The notes under the pieces were generated by a model, which worked only from the letters and a program-made list of their open reading frames with translations, was not told the DNA's origin and did no database searches. From assembly GCA_900321255.1 (NCBI GenBank), contig ONVK01000001.1, forward strand, positions 16,907 through 80,906: a DNA stretch of 64,000 nt, in the 5' to 3' direction. This stretch comes from an uncultured Lentisphaerota bacterium (GTDB lineage: Bacteria; Verrucomicrobiota; Kiritimatiellia; RFP12; UBA1067). Position 1 is the stretch's first letter; every line of letters begins with the position of its first letter. Both the position numbers and the translations under genes were made by a program. This document shows, one piece after another, positions 54,616 through 63,895 of the stretch.

Positions 54616-54851
54616 GCACGGCAGAGGTGTTTTCTGATTTGACGAGGCGCGAGGAGTTCTTCGCTCTTGCGGCGCGTGTCTTCGGCATGGACCGTGCGTC
54701 GATAGACGGCGCGACCGCCTACGAGTCGATCCCTGGCTGGGACAGCGTGAACCATCTTCGCCTCGTGATGGAGGTGGAACGCGAGTTCGGCGTCAAGTAT
54801 CCGCTCGAGAGGATTCCGTCGCTGATGACGCTCAACGATTTTCTTTCATAG
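54612..54851 (+). CDS. acyl/D-alanyl carrier protein-like (phosphopantetheine-binding)
   Basis: 79 aa with GWDSVNHLRLVMEVEREFGV, a carrier-protein Ser attachment motif in the usual position; size as for DltC/ACP. Confidence 0.6.
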   Translation: MSTAEVFSDLTRREEFFALAARVFGMDRASIDGATAYESIPGWDSVNHLRLVMEVEREFGVKYPLERIPSLMTLNDFLS

Positions 54852-54859
54852 GAGGTGTT

Positions 54860-55699
54860 ATGAAGACTGCAACTGTTAGACTCGTTTTCGGCGTGCTCAT
54901 GGCTGCCGCTCTTGCGACGGGATGCGCATCATCGAGGTATCCGGCGAACGCCAAGCTGAAGACTGGCTCTGGCCCTCTCGTACAGGCCCATCGCGGCGGG
55001 CGATTTGAATACGACGACAACGCCCTAGGCGGTTTCGAGATGTGCCTTTCGCGCGGGATAAAGGGTTTTGAGCTCGACGTGCGCTACACTAAGGACTGCG
55101 TGCTCGTTGTGATGCATGACGAGAGCCTGGAGCGTACAACCAACGGAAAGGGAATTGTTGAGGACACGACTTTCTCGGATCTCTGCAAGCTTCGCCTCAA
55201 GAAGTCTTCCGAGCAGGTGCCGTCTCTTTCGGAAGTGCTTATGGCGATGCGCGGACGCGAGGACATTTTCATGGAGATCGAGATGAAGGCGGGCCCGAGC
55301 GACTTCTATACGCCATATGTTCTCGAGGACTACTGCCGCCGGCTGAGCGCGATGGCCAAGGTCCTGATGAAGCCCGGGACGTATGCGTTCACCTGCTTCA
55401 ACGAGAAGACGCTTGCGACGATGCGCAAGGTCGATCCAGATGCGCCGATCGGGCTTATCGTCGGCACTCCGCTTGAGGACGCGCACATCGCCAAGGCGAA
55501 GGAGCTTGGCTGCTGCAGCGTCGCGCCTCGTGCGGAGACCACCAAGGAGATGGTGGAGAAGGCGCACAAGGCCGGGCTGACGGTTTGCCTGTGGATGTGC
55601 CAGGACAAGGCGACGTGGGACGAGTGCGCGGCAAAGGGCGCCGACCGCGTCACGAGCGACTTCCCTCTCAAGCTCACCCGCGAGGTGGAAGTGGAATAA
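54860..55699 (+). CDS. glycerophosphodiester phosphodiesterase (lipoprotein)
   Basis: Lipobox ATGCASS. HRGG and E.D.R GDPD catalytic motifs (AHRGGRFEYDDNALG, ELDVRYTKD). Confidence 0.8.
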   Translation: MKTATVRLVFGVLMAAALATGCASSRYPANAKLKTGSGPLVQAHRGGRFEYDDNALGGFEMCLSRGIKGFELDVRYTKDCVLVVMHDESLERTTNGKGIVEDTTFSDLCKLRLKKSSEQVPSLSEVLMAMRGREDIFMEIEMKAGPSDFYTPYVLEDYCRRLSAMAKVLMKPGTYAFTCFNEKTLATMRKVDPDAPIGLIVGTPLEDAHIAKAKELGCCSVAPRAETTKEMVEKAHKAGLTVCLWMCQDKATWDECAAKGADRVTSDFPLKLTREVEVE

Positions 55700-55700
55700 C

Positions 55701-55792
55701 ACTTGTTGGCGGTGGCCGAAGGCTCCTCCTCGGGGAGCCCTCGGCGAATACGCCGTATCCCCTCGCTCGGACCTTTGCTCCACCGCCAACAA
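55701..55792 (-). repeat. 92-bp palindromic repeat element, copy B (inverted relative to copy A)
   Basis: Begins 2 nt after the GDPD stop codon, ends about 35 bp before the rplY promoter, and is followed by the hairpin AATTCGC-TCTTGC-GCGAATT. Confidence 0.8.
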
Positions 55793-55806
55793 GTTAAAAT
55801 TCGCTC

Positions 55807-55836
55807 TTGCGCGAATTGGGCCAGTTTTGGTATAAT
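55807..55836 (+). promoter_or_regulatory. promoter (-35 TTGCGC, 18-bp spacer, TGGTATAAT) of the ribosomal protein cluster
   Basis: AGTTTTGGTATAAT, with a 75-nt leader before the L25 ATG. Confidence 0.5.
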
Positions 55837-55911
55837 TTGCGCCGTTTTGCCGCGGAGGGTAGCGACGAGTGTCGCGAGAGTATGCGGTCAGATTACCAGA
55901 AAAGGCATAAG

Positions 55912-56598
55912 ATGGATCAGATAAGGATCAAGGCGGAAGCGCGTACCGAACAGGGTACGGGCGCTGTCCGCCGCCTTCGCCGCACGGGGATGATTCCCGG
56001 TTCGGTGATGAAGATGAAGAAGGGCGGCACTGAGCTCATAAAGCTCCCTGCGCACGACTTCATGATGGCGACGCGCGGCCACGCGAGCAAGCAGCTCCTG
56101 GTCACGCTCGATCTCGACGGCAGGGAAGTTCCCGCGCTCATGCGCGAGATGCAGAACGACGTCCTCGCCGGAACACCAATTCACGTTGATTTCAGCGAAG
56201 TGTCGCTGACCGAGAAGGTCCGCGTCACGGTTCCGCTGTATCTCGTGGGCGAACCTGTCGGCGTGAAGCTCGGCGGCGGCGTTCTCGAACAGACGCTCCG
56301 CACGATCGACGTCGACTGCCTGCCGACCGACATCGCGGAGAAGTTCGAAGTCGACGTCTCCGCACTCGGGCTCGACCAGACGCTGTTCGTCCGCGACCTC
56401 AAGCTCGGCGAGAAGCAGACCATCGTCACGCGCGGCGAAGTGCCCGTGGCGGTCGTCAAGGCCCCGGATGACGTTCCCGCTGCCGGCGGCGCTCCTGCTG
56501 CCGCTGCGGCCGGTGCGGCGCCCGCTGCTCCCGAAGTCATCAAGAAAGGCAAGGAAGAGGAGGCCGCTGCGGCCGACAAGAAGGAGGAGAAGAAGTAA
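55912..56598 (+). CDS. rplY: 50S ribosomal protein L25 (Ctc form) with Ala/Pro/Lys-rich C-terminal tail
   Basis: MDQIRIKAEARTEQGTGAVRRLRRTGMIPG is the L25 N-terminus. Tail APAAAAAGAAPAAPEVIKKGKEEEAAAADKKEEKK. Confidence 0.85.
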   Translation: MDQIRIKAEARTEQGTGAVRRLRRTGMIPGSVMKMKKGGTELIKLPAHDFMMATRGHASKQLLVTLDLDGREVPALMREMQNDVLAGTPIHVDFSEVSLTEKVRVTVPLYLVGEPVGVKLGGGVLEQTLRTIDVDCLPTDIAEKFEVDVSALGLDQTLFVRDLKLGEKQTIVTRGEVPVAVVKAPDDVPAAGGAPAAAAAGAAPAAPEVIKKGKEEEAAAADKKEEKK

Positions 56599-56987
56599 TG
56601 AAGAAGTACGATGCTCTCTACATCTTCGTCGGTATCGCGAAGGAAGACGTCCTCGAGGCGAATCTCGAGAAGGCCCTTGCGGAAGTGACCCGCGTCGGCG
56701 GAAACGTTCTGGAGAAGGTTTCCCTCGGCCGCCGTTCGTTCTCTCGCCCGATGGGCAAGCGCGACAGCGGCGTCTACGTCAAGGTCCGCATGGAGCTCGA
56801 TCCCGCCAAGGTCGACGAGCTTGTCAACCGCTACCACCTCGTCGAAGAGGTGTTCCGCGTTCAGATTCTCGCCGTCGACGAGCGCCGCGAGGCCAAGATC
56901 GCCGCCGAGCGTGCTGCGCGCGCCGAGCGCCAGGCGAAGAAGGATGCCGCGGCCGCGGCAGCCGCCGCCGCTGAAGAGGAAGCGTAA
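56598..56987 (+). CDS. rpsF: 30S ribosomal protein S6
   Basis: MKKYDALYIF...GRR.F similarity. ATGA overlap with rplY. Has an Ala-rich C-terminal tail. Confidence 0.9.
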   Translation: MKKYDALYIFVGIAKEDVLEANLEKALAEVTRVGGNVLEKVSLGRRSFSRPMGKRDSGVYVKVRMELDPAKVDELVNRYHLVEEVFRVQILAVDERREAKIAAERAARAERQAKKDAAAAAAAAAEEEA

Positions 56988-57005
56988 TAAAGCAGGAGAA
57001 CTGAG

Positions 57006-57437
57006 ATGGCCTCCTTCAACAAGGTTATTCTGATGGGCAACCTGACGCGCGATCCAGACGTCCGCGCGACCGGTTCGAGCGGCATGAAAGTCGCCCGCCT
57101 CGGCCTCGCCGTCAACGAGCGCAGGAGAGACCGCAACGGACAGATGCAGGACTTCCCCGTGTTCGTCGACGTAGACGCATGGGACAAGCTTGCAGAGCTC
57201 TGCGGCCAGTTTCTCGTCAAGGGAAGCCCGGTCCTCGTCGAGGGCCGCCTTCAGATGGACACCTGGGAGAAGGACGGAGTCAGGCACCAGAAGCTCAAGG
57301 TCAGGGCCATTGCGGTCAAGTTCCTTGCGCCGAGGGGCGAGACGCGCGTGCAGCAGCCCGCGGGCGCCCAGCGGCCGGAACCCCCGATGCCCCAGCCCAA
57401 TGCGCTGGAGTCCGATCCCGACGACATCCCGTTCTGA
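57006..57437 (+). CDS. ssb: single-stranded DNA-binding protein
   Basis: NKVILMGNLTRDPD OB-fold N-terminus and an acidic C-terminal tip DDIPF. Confidence 0.9.
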   Translation: MASFNKVILMGNLTRDPDVRATGSSGMKVARLGLAVNERRRDRNGQMQDFPVFVDVDAWDKLAELCGQFLVKGSPVLVEGRLQMDTWEKDGVRHQKLKVRAIAVKFLAPRGETRVQQPAGAQRPEPPMPQPNALESDPDDIPF

Positions 57438-57465
57438 TACGACAATCTAAAAAGGAACCACTAAA

Positions 57466-57696
57466 ATGGCTTTCAAGAAATCCAACAGCTCGGCAGGCGA
57501 GGAGTTCGCCGCCCGCAAGCGTCCCGCGCTCGGTCCGAACGACCAGATCGACGTGAACGACATCGAGACGCTCAAGTACTACATCACCGACTACGGCAAG
57601 ATTCTGCCTGCGCGCATCACCGGCGTCACCGCCGCGCAGCAGCGCCAGATCCGCCAGGGTGTCAAGCGCGCCCGCAACATGGGCCTCATGGCCTAA
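57466..57696 (+). CDS. rpsR: 30S ribosomal protein S18
   Basis: YYITDYGKILPARITGVTAAQQRQI. Confidence 0.9.
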   Translation: MAFKKSNSSAGEEFAARKRPALGPNDQIDVNDIETLKYYITDYGKILPARITGVTAAQQRQIRQGVKRARNMGLMA

Positions 57697-57713
57697 GCGG
57701 AAGGAGGAATGCC

Positions 57714-58178
57714 ATGGATATCGAAGTGATGTTGATGGACAATGTGAAGAAGCTCGGCAAGTCTGGCGAGATCGTCAAGGTTGCACAGGGCTACTTCCGC
57801 AACTATCTCGGCCCCAAGGGGCTCGCTGCCGTCGCCACCGAGGCCGCCAAGCGCCGTCTCAAGAAGCTTGAGGCCGAGCGCGCCGCCCGCGCCGCAGAGG
57901 AGAAGAAGGCCGCTCTCGCGGTCGCCAAGAAGCTCGAGGGTCTCGCCCTCACCGTTTCCGCCAGCACGACGGACGGCAAGAAGCTCTACGGCGCCGTCAG
58001 CGTGACCGATCTCCTCGCGGCCATCGAGGCCCAGCGCGGAGTCAAGATCGAGCGCGGACAGTTCTCCCTCGAGGAGTCGCTGCGCGAGGTCGGCGAATAC
58101 GAGGCCAAGATCGATCTCGGCCACGGAGTGTTCGCCAAGTGCAAGATCACGATTCTGGACGAAGGCGCGGCAGCCTGA
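57714..58178 (+). CDS. rplI: 50S ribosomal protein L9
   Basis: MDIEVMLMDNVKKLGKSGEIVKVAQGYFRNYL. Confidence 0.9.
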   Translation: MDIEVMLMDNVKKLGKSGEIVKVAQGYFRNYLGPKGLAAVATEAAKRRLKKLEAERAARAAEEKKAALAVAKKLEGLALTVSASTTDGKKLYGAVSVTDLLAAIEAQRGVKIERGQFSLEESLREVGEYEAKIDLGHGVFAKCKITILDEGAAA

Positions 58179-58201
58179 GTCCGGCGCGATCGGCGCATGG
58201 A

Positions 58202-58243
58202 AAATCCTTCTTTCCGCTGATGCGGAGAGAAGGATTTTTTTTC
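58202..58243 (+). terminator. intrinsic terminator after rplI
   Basis: AAATCCTTCTTTCCGC-TGAT-GCGGAGAGAAGGATTT stem followed by TTTTTTTT. Confidence 0.7.
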
Positions 58244-58253
58244 GTGCCCAGGG

Positions 58254-58283
58254 TTGACCCCCGAGGGGCAGTTTTGGTATACT
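58254..58283 (+). promoter_or_regulatory. promoter (-35 TTGACC, 18-bp spacer, TGGTATACT) of nusA-infB
   Basis: A clear -35/-10 pair immediately after the rplI terminator. Confidence 0.55.
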
Positions 58284-58360
58284 ACAAAAGCTTTTTCGGC
58301 GGTTCGGATGGACCGTACCGGAGGGTGTGTTTTGATTTTTGACAAAAAAGGAGAGTTGAA

Positions 58361-59656
58361 ATGGCGATGAACAGTCAGTTGCTGGCAGTTGTCCAGCATA
58401 TTGAGAGCGAGCGCGGCGTCAGCCGTGAAATCGTCCTCACGGCGATTGAACAGGCGATTAGCCAGGCGGCGAAGAAGAACCGCGACGTCACCAATGATCT
58501 CCGTGTGGTAATCGACAGAAAAGACCTCTCCTTGCATGTATACGATACATTAGTGGCCTCTGACGAGGATACCGGTCCTGGCTTTATTTCCATAGCGCGG
58601 GCCGTTCGTGCCAACCACGGCAAGCCTGTCGCCGAGGGTGAAACGATCGAGATCGAGATGCCCGCCTCCCGCCTCGGGCGCATCGCGGCGCAGACCTCGC
58701 GCCAGATGATAATGCAGAAGATCCGCGACGCCGAGCGCACCAACACTTTCTCAGAATACAGGGATCGCGTAGGCGACATAATTTCCGGCACCGTCTCGGC
58801 CGTCTCTCATCGCGACATCTATGTCAGCGTCGGCAAGACGGAGATGATCCTTCCCGGCAAGGAGCGCATTCCGACCGAGGATTTGCAGGTCGGCGATCCC
58901 ATTCGCGCGATCATTCTCCGCGTCGATCCCGAGGCCAAGGGGCCGAGCGTCATACTCTCCAGGGCGAGCTGCAAGTTCGTCGAGGCGCTCTTCCGGCTCG
59001 AGGTCAGCGAAATCGCCGACGGCGTCGTCGAGATCATGGGCGTCAGCCGCGATCCCGGCTATCGCGCGAAACTCGCGGTCAGGACTTCCAACGAGAACGT
59101 CGATCCCGTGGGCGCGTGCGTGGGCCAGCGCGGCAGCCGCGTCAGGGCAATCGTCAACGAGCTCAACGGCGAGAAGATCGACATCGTGCGCTGGAACGAG
59201 GACATACGCCAGTATGTGGCCCAGGCCCTCGCGCCGGCCAAGCTCGAGTCCATAGAGGTCGATCCGACGCTTCCCAACACGGTCCATGTCGTTGCGGCGG
59301 CCGATCAGTATTCGCTTGCGATCGGCAAGCGCGGCCAGAACGTGCGCCTTACGACGAAGCTCACCGGCTGGCACGTCGAGATCAAGAAATCGATGGCGAC
59401 CGCCTCCTTCGAGGATCAGAAGGCCGCCGCCATCAAGGAGCTTGCCGAGACGTTCTCCGTTTCGACGGCGGTCGCAACGCAGATGGCCGACGCGGGCTTT
59501 CTCTCGGTGGACGGAATCGTCGATGCCGACGAGGCGACCTTCATCTCGTCGACCGGTCTCGACGAAGTCACCGCGAAGGGCGTCTACGCGGCTGCCCAGG
59601 CTGTCGCCAAGCTCATGGCCGGCGAAGATGACGGCGAGGAGGCGCTTGACGCATGA
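58361..59656 (+). CDS. nusA: transcription termination/antitermination factor NusA
   Basis: An N-terminal NusA domain, S1 and two KH domains (GACVGQRGSRV, GKRGQNVRL), plus C-terminal AR repeats. Confidence 0.9.
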   Translation: MAMNSQLLAVVQHIESERGVSREIVLTAIEQAISQAAKKNRDVTNDLRVVIDRKDLSLHVYDTLVASDEDTGPGFISIARAVRANHGKPVAEGETIEIEMPASRLGRIAAQTSRQMIMQKIRDAERTNTFSEYRDRVGDIISGTVSAVSHRDIYVSVGKTEMILPGKERIPTEDLQVGDPIRAIILRVDPEAKGPSVILSRASCKFVEALFRLEVSEIADGVVEIMGVSRDPGYRAKLAVRTSNENVDPVGACVGQRGSRVRAIVNELNGEKIDIVRWNEDIRQYVAQALAPAKLESIEVDPTLPNTVHVVAAADQYSLAIGKRGQNVRLTTKLTGWHVEIKKSMATASFEDQKAAAIKELAETFSVSTAVATQMADAGFLSVDGIVDADEATFISSTGLDEVTAKGVYAAAQAVAKLMAGEDDGEEALDA

Positions 59657-62127
59657 GAATCTACGAGATAGCGAGGGAATCCGGCGTGACGAGCGTCGAG
59701 GTTCTCAAGGCGGCCGAAGCCGCCGGCATAGAGGCGTCGAACGCCATCAGCTCGGTCGACGCCGATGAAGCGGCGGCGCTGAAGGCGGCCGTCTCGAAGG
59801 ATGCCGGCGCTGCCCGAGTGACTAAACGCGCGGAAAAGCGCAACGTCGCCGCCGAGTTGAACGCAAAGTTTTTCGCGGAGCAGCGTGCCAAGCTTGAAAA
59901 GCACCTCGCCATAGCAAAGGCGGCGGCAGAAGGGCGTCCCATGCTCGAGCCGGCCGCAGAACCGGCGAAGATCGCAGAACCGAAGGCGGCGGCTCCCGCC
60001 CCTGCAAAAGCCGCGCCTGTCGCTCCGGCAAAGGCGGCGATCCGCATGGCGCCTGGTGTCAAGCCGAAGGTTGTCGCTCCGGTTAGCGCGGCCAAGACGG
60101 GCCTCACCGCGGCGTCGGGCTTCAGGCCGCTTCAGCATTCCGCTCCTTCCCACGCGATTTCCATCTCGGTCGCCGCGGTGGCCAAACCCAAGCCCCCAAA
60201 GGTTGACGACTACGAGGACGAGCGCGGCCGCAAGGGCAAGAAGGGCCGCGACGCCCAGAAGGCGTTCGAGAAGCAGCGCGGCGGAGTGCCGCGCGTTGCG
60301 CAGGTCGTTCCACAGCAGGGCAGCCGCATTTCCGTCGACGAGGAGGCGAAGGAGATCTCCATACGCGGCGCCGTCGTCGTGAAGGATCTCGCGGCTAAGC
60401 TCAACATCAAGCCCAACCGCCTCATCGCCGATTTGATGAGCCTCAAGATACTCGCGTCCATAAACCAGCGCGTCGAGCCGGATGTCGCGACGAAGGTCGC
60501 GGAGAAGTACGGTTTCAAGGTGACAGTGGAGCATGCGCGCGACAAGGCAGCCGCAAAGCCAGTCCTCAAGGCGATCGACGCAGACGATCTCATTCCAGAG
60601 GATCCGCCCGAGACCCTGAAGCCGCGCGCTCCGGTCGTCACGTTCCTCGGTCATGTCGACCACGGCAAGACCACGCTCATGGACTGGATCCGCAAGGAAC
60701 ACGTGGCTGCGGGCGAGGCTGGCGGCATAACGCAGCAGATCAGCGCCTACCAGGTCGAGATTGCCGGCAAGAAGATCACCTTCCTCGACACGCCTGGCCA
60801 TGCCGCGTTCAGCGCGATGCGTGCCCGCGGCGCGCAGCTCACCGACATCGCGGTGCTCATCATTGCCGCTGACGACGGCATCATGCCGCAGACCGAGGAG
60901 TGCATCAAGGTCGCGCGCCAGACGGGCGTGCAGATCATGGTTGCCGTCACGAAGTGCGACAAGCCGACTGCGAACGTCGACCGCGTGAAGCAGCAGCTCC
61001 AGAAGCGCGGGCTTACGCCGGAGGACTGGGGCGGCGATATCATATGCTGCCCTGTGTCGGGTGTGACCGGCGAGGGCGTTGACGCGCTTCTCGAGAACAT
61101 TCTCGTCCAGGCCGAGGTGCTTGAGCTTCAGGCCAACCCGAACCGCCGCGCCAACGGCTACGTCATCGAGGCGGAGCTTCAGCAGGGCCTCGGGCCGTGC
61201 GCGACGCTCCTCGTCACCGGCGGAACGCTCAAGGTCGGCGACGCGATTCTCATCGGCGAGCACTTCGGCAAGGTGCGCGCGCTCATCGACGACCATGGCC
61301 GCCGCATCAAGGAGGCGCCGCCCGCAATGCCTGTCAAGTGCACGGGGCTTTCCGGCGTGCCGGACGCGGGCGCGGAGTTCCGCGTGATGCTCGACGAGAA
61401 GCGTGCGCGTACTCTTGCGGAGCAGACCGCCCAGGAGCGCAAGGAGCAGGAGCTCTCGTCCTCCAAGGCAACGACGCTCGACGCGCTCATGCGCCGCATG
61501 GCCGCCGAGGGCAAGCGCGAGCTGAACGTCATCGTGAAGTCCGAGAACCAGGGCACCCTCGAGGCGGTTGTTGCCGCCCTCCAGGAGATCAAGTCCGAGA
61601 AGGTGGGGCTCAACGTCATCGGCACCGGCACGGGCAACGTGTCGCTCACCGACGTAAAGTCGGCCGCAGCAGGAAAGGCGATAATCGTCGGCTTCGACAT
61701 CGGCAACGACTCGGGCGTCCAGCAGCAGGCCAGGCACGACGGCGTCAGGATCAACTCCTTCCGCATCATCTACGAGCTCATCGACCACGTCAAGAACTCG
61801 ATGCTCGACCTCCTCCCGCCGGAATACCGCGAGGTCGTCAAGGGGCACGCCGAGATCAAGGCGATCTACGACATCGGAAAGCTAGGCAAGATCGCCGGCT
61901 CCCAGATGCTCGACGGCTCGCTCATCGCCAAGGAGAAGTACCGCATCCTCCGCAACCGCCAGCAGATATGGGACGGCAAGGTGCAGACCCTGCGTCACTT
62001 CAAGGACGAGGTCGCGCAGGTCACCGGCCAGCAGGAGTGCGGCGTGTGCTTTGCCGGCTACGAGGAGTTCCAGGTCGGCGACGTCATCGAGTGCTACACC
62101 CTCGAAGAGCTGCCGCGCAGTCTCTGA
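59653..62127 (+). CDS. infB: translation initiation factor IF-2
   Basis: An Ala/Lys-rich N-terminal region, then a GTPase domain (GHVDHGKTTL, DTPGH, TKCD). ATGA overlap with nusA. Confidence 0.95.
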   Translation: MRIYEIARESGVTSVEVLKAAEAAGIEASNAISSVDADEAAALKAAVSKDAGAARVTKRAEKRNVAAELNAKFFAEQRAKLEKHLAIAKAAAEGRPMLEPAAEPAKIAEPKAAAPAPAKAAPVAPAKAAIRMAPGVKPKVVAPVSAAKTGLTAASGFRPLQHSAPSHAISISVAAVAKPKPPKVDDYEDERGRKGKKGRDAQKAFEKQRGGVPRVAQVVPQQGSRISVDEEAKEISIRGAVVVKDLAAKLNIKPNRLIADLMSLKILASINQRVEPDVATKVAEKYGFKVTVEHARDKAAAKPVLKAIDADDLIPEDPPETLKPRAPVVTFLGHVDHGKTTLMDWIRKEHVAAGEAGGITQQISAYQVEIAGKKITFLDTPGHAAFSAMRARGAQLTDIAVLIIAADDGIMPQTEECIKVARQTGVQIMVAVTKCDKPTANVDRVKQQLQKRGLTPEDWGGDIICCPVSGVTGEGVDALLENILVQAEVLELQANPNRRANGYVIEAELQQGLGPCATLLVTGGTLKVGDAILIGEHFGKVRALIDDHGRRIKEAPPAMPVKCTGLSGVPDAGAEFRVMLDEKRARTLAEQTAQERKEQELSSSKATTLDALMRRMAAEGKRELNVIVKSENQGTLEAVVAALQEIKSEKVGLNVIGTGTGNVSLTDVKSAAAGKAIIVGFDIGNDSGVQQQARHDGVRINSFRIIYELIDHVKNSMLDLLPPEYREVVKGHAEIKAIYDIGKLGKIAGSQMLDGSLIAKEKYRILRNRQQIWDGKVQTLRHFKDEVAQVTGQQECGVCFAGYEEFQVGDVIECYTLEELPRSL

Positions 62128-62153
62128 CAAGTGGCGTCTAACGTCGCCCGGTC

Positions 62154-62780
62154 TTAGACCTTGACCAGGTTCTTGCGCAGGGCGATGCCGACTGCTTCGG
62201 TGCGGTTGGCGGCTCCGAGCTTGACGAGAAGGGTCTCGACATGCTCCTTCACGACGGTTCTGCTGATGCCGAGCTGATCGGCGATCTCCGTGTTGTTGAA
62301 GCCCTTGACGAGGGAGAAGAGCACTTCCTGCTGCCTGGGCGAGAGCGTTGGCGCAGGGGGGTCGAACGCAAGAAGCCCTTTTACTTCTGGAGAGATGAAT
62401 TTCTTTCCCGCGGCGACTGTGCGAACGGCCGTGAGCAGGATGCTGTCGTCCGCCGATTTCATCACCGCGCCAGTCGCGCCGGCCGAAAGCGCCGCGGCTA
62501 TGTTGTCTGAGGTGGAATAGGAGGTGAGGACGACGATTCTTGTGCCGGGAAGCTTCGCGCAGATTTCGGCAGTCGCGGCGATGCCGTCCTTCTTCGGCAT
62601 CATCAGATCCATTATTATTACGTCGGGCTTGAGCTTAAGCGCCTGCGAGACGGTAAGGCCGCCGTCGTCGGCTTCTCCGACGACGGCGAGGTCTTTTTCC
62701 GCGGCAAAGAGGGACTTCAGCCCCATGCGGACGATCTTGTGGTCATCGGCAATCAGAATGGAAATCTTGTTCATTGTCAT
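62154..62780 (-). CDS. NarL/LuxR-family response regulator
   Basis: A REC domain (ILIADDHKIVRMGL, D at position 58) with a C-terminal LuxR helix-turn-helix (TPRQQEVLFSLVKGFNNTEIADQLGISRTVVKEHV). Confidence 0.85.
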   Translation of the reverse strand: MTMNKISILIADDHKIVRMGLKSLFAAEKDLAVVGEADDGGLTVSQALKLKPDVIIMDLMMPKKDGIAATAEICAKLPGTRIVVLTSYSTSDNIAAALSAGATGAVMKSADDSILLTAVRTVAAGKKFISPEVKGLLAFDPPAPTLSPRQQEVLFSLVKGFNNTEIADQLGISRTVVKEHVETLLVKLGAANRTEAVGIALRKNLVKV

Positions 62781-63895
62781 GTCTCCTCGGGAAGTGGAAT
62801 GTCTATTGCGACGCGGGTTCCTTTGCCGGGCGCGCTTGCGATGTCGGCTGTGCCGTCCAGCGCCTTGACCCGTTCCATAACGCCTTCGAGCCCGAAATGC
62901 CCCTGCTCCATGCCCGGGCGCGTCATGGGGTCAAAGCCGCAGCCGTCATCCGCGACGGAGAAAAGCAGCCGTCCGCCATTGATTGTTCCCGCGACCCTGA
63001 GCGTCGTCGCATGGCCGTGGCGCACGGCGTTTACGACGAGTTCGCGGATGATGCAGAGAATGTTGTGGAAGTCGCTGTCGGGTATCTTTCTCCGCGGCAC
63101 GTTGAAGCGCACCTGGAGTTGGGCGTCAACAAGATGCGGCTGAAGGGTGATGCGGATGGCTTCGTCTATGTCGCTCTTCTCGAGCGCCTGGTTGCGGAGA
63201 TCCCAGATGCAGTTCCTGAGCTCGGAACGCGAAGAGTTTATCGTCTTGAGGGCGATGTCCAGATGCGGTGCAGATTCCTCGTCCGTTGCGGGCAGTGCCA
63301 CCTGCGCAGCGCGTATCTCGAGCGCCGCGCCCGTCAGATTCTGCACGACGGAGTCGTGCAGCTCGGCCGCGAGGCGCGTTCGCTCGATCGTCTTGAACTT
63401 GGCGTGGGTCGCCTCGACCTGCTTCCGTGCGAGTTCCCGGCCTCGCCGTTCTACAAGGACGCGTAGCGAGGCGTTCCAGATGAGAACCAGGACAAGCACG
63501 CCCGCCATCGCGGAGAGGATGATCAGGAACCTCGCCGGAGTCAGCCATGGCGGATGCGATATGACGACGATGTCGTTTCTCCCGCGCAGTATCAGCGTCA
63601 GTCCGCTGATATGGGGCATGTCGGCCTGGGCGTCGTAGTCGTTGGTCTCAAGAAGGCAGACTCCCGTCGCCTCGATCTGGCATCCGAGCTCGAGCCCTTC
63701 GGTCGCCTCGGGGCAGGAGCTTGTGTCGAGCTGGATGAGAAGTCCGTCGCAGTCGAGCCCGATGCGGCCTTCCGCGTTGCCGAGCGAGGGCAGATTGCGG
63801 ATCGTGCCTCCCAGGGTGATGAGCTTCCCGTAGTAGGAGGGCTTGAAGGTGATGGAGCCGGAGGGACTCTTGACGATGACGTCTGCGAGCGACAT
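62777..63895 (-). CDS. sensor histidine kinase (HisKA_3 / NarX-DegS type)
   Basis: An N-terminal periplasmic domain with a TM segment, then the H-box ELHDSVVQNLTG and HATPase motifs (NAVRHG, DDGCGF, GLEGMRERV). Overlaps the downstream response regulator by 4 nt. Confidence 0.8.
   Translation of the reverse strand: MSLADVIVKSPSGSITFKPSYYGKLITLGGTIRNLPSLGNAEGRIGLDCDGLLIQLDTSSCPEATEGLELGCQIEATGVCLLETNDYDAQADMPHISGLTLILRGRNDIVVISHPPWLTPARFLIILSAMAGVLVLVLIWNASLRVLVERRGRELARKQVEATHAKFKTIERTRLAAELHDSVVQNLTGAALEIRAAQVALPATDEESAPHLDIALKTINSSRSELRNCIWDLRNQALEKSDIDEAIRITLQPHLVDAQLQVRFNVPRRKIPDSDFHNILCIIRELVVNAVRHGHATTLRVAGTINGGRLLFSVADDGCGFDPMTRPGMEQGHFGLEGVMERVKALDGTADIASAPGKGTRVAIDIPLPEET

Noticed and set aside
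62128-62153. Possible bidirectional terminator between convergent infB and the response regulator
   Set aside because: Only a weak 4-5 bp GC stem without a U-tract; not convincing.
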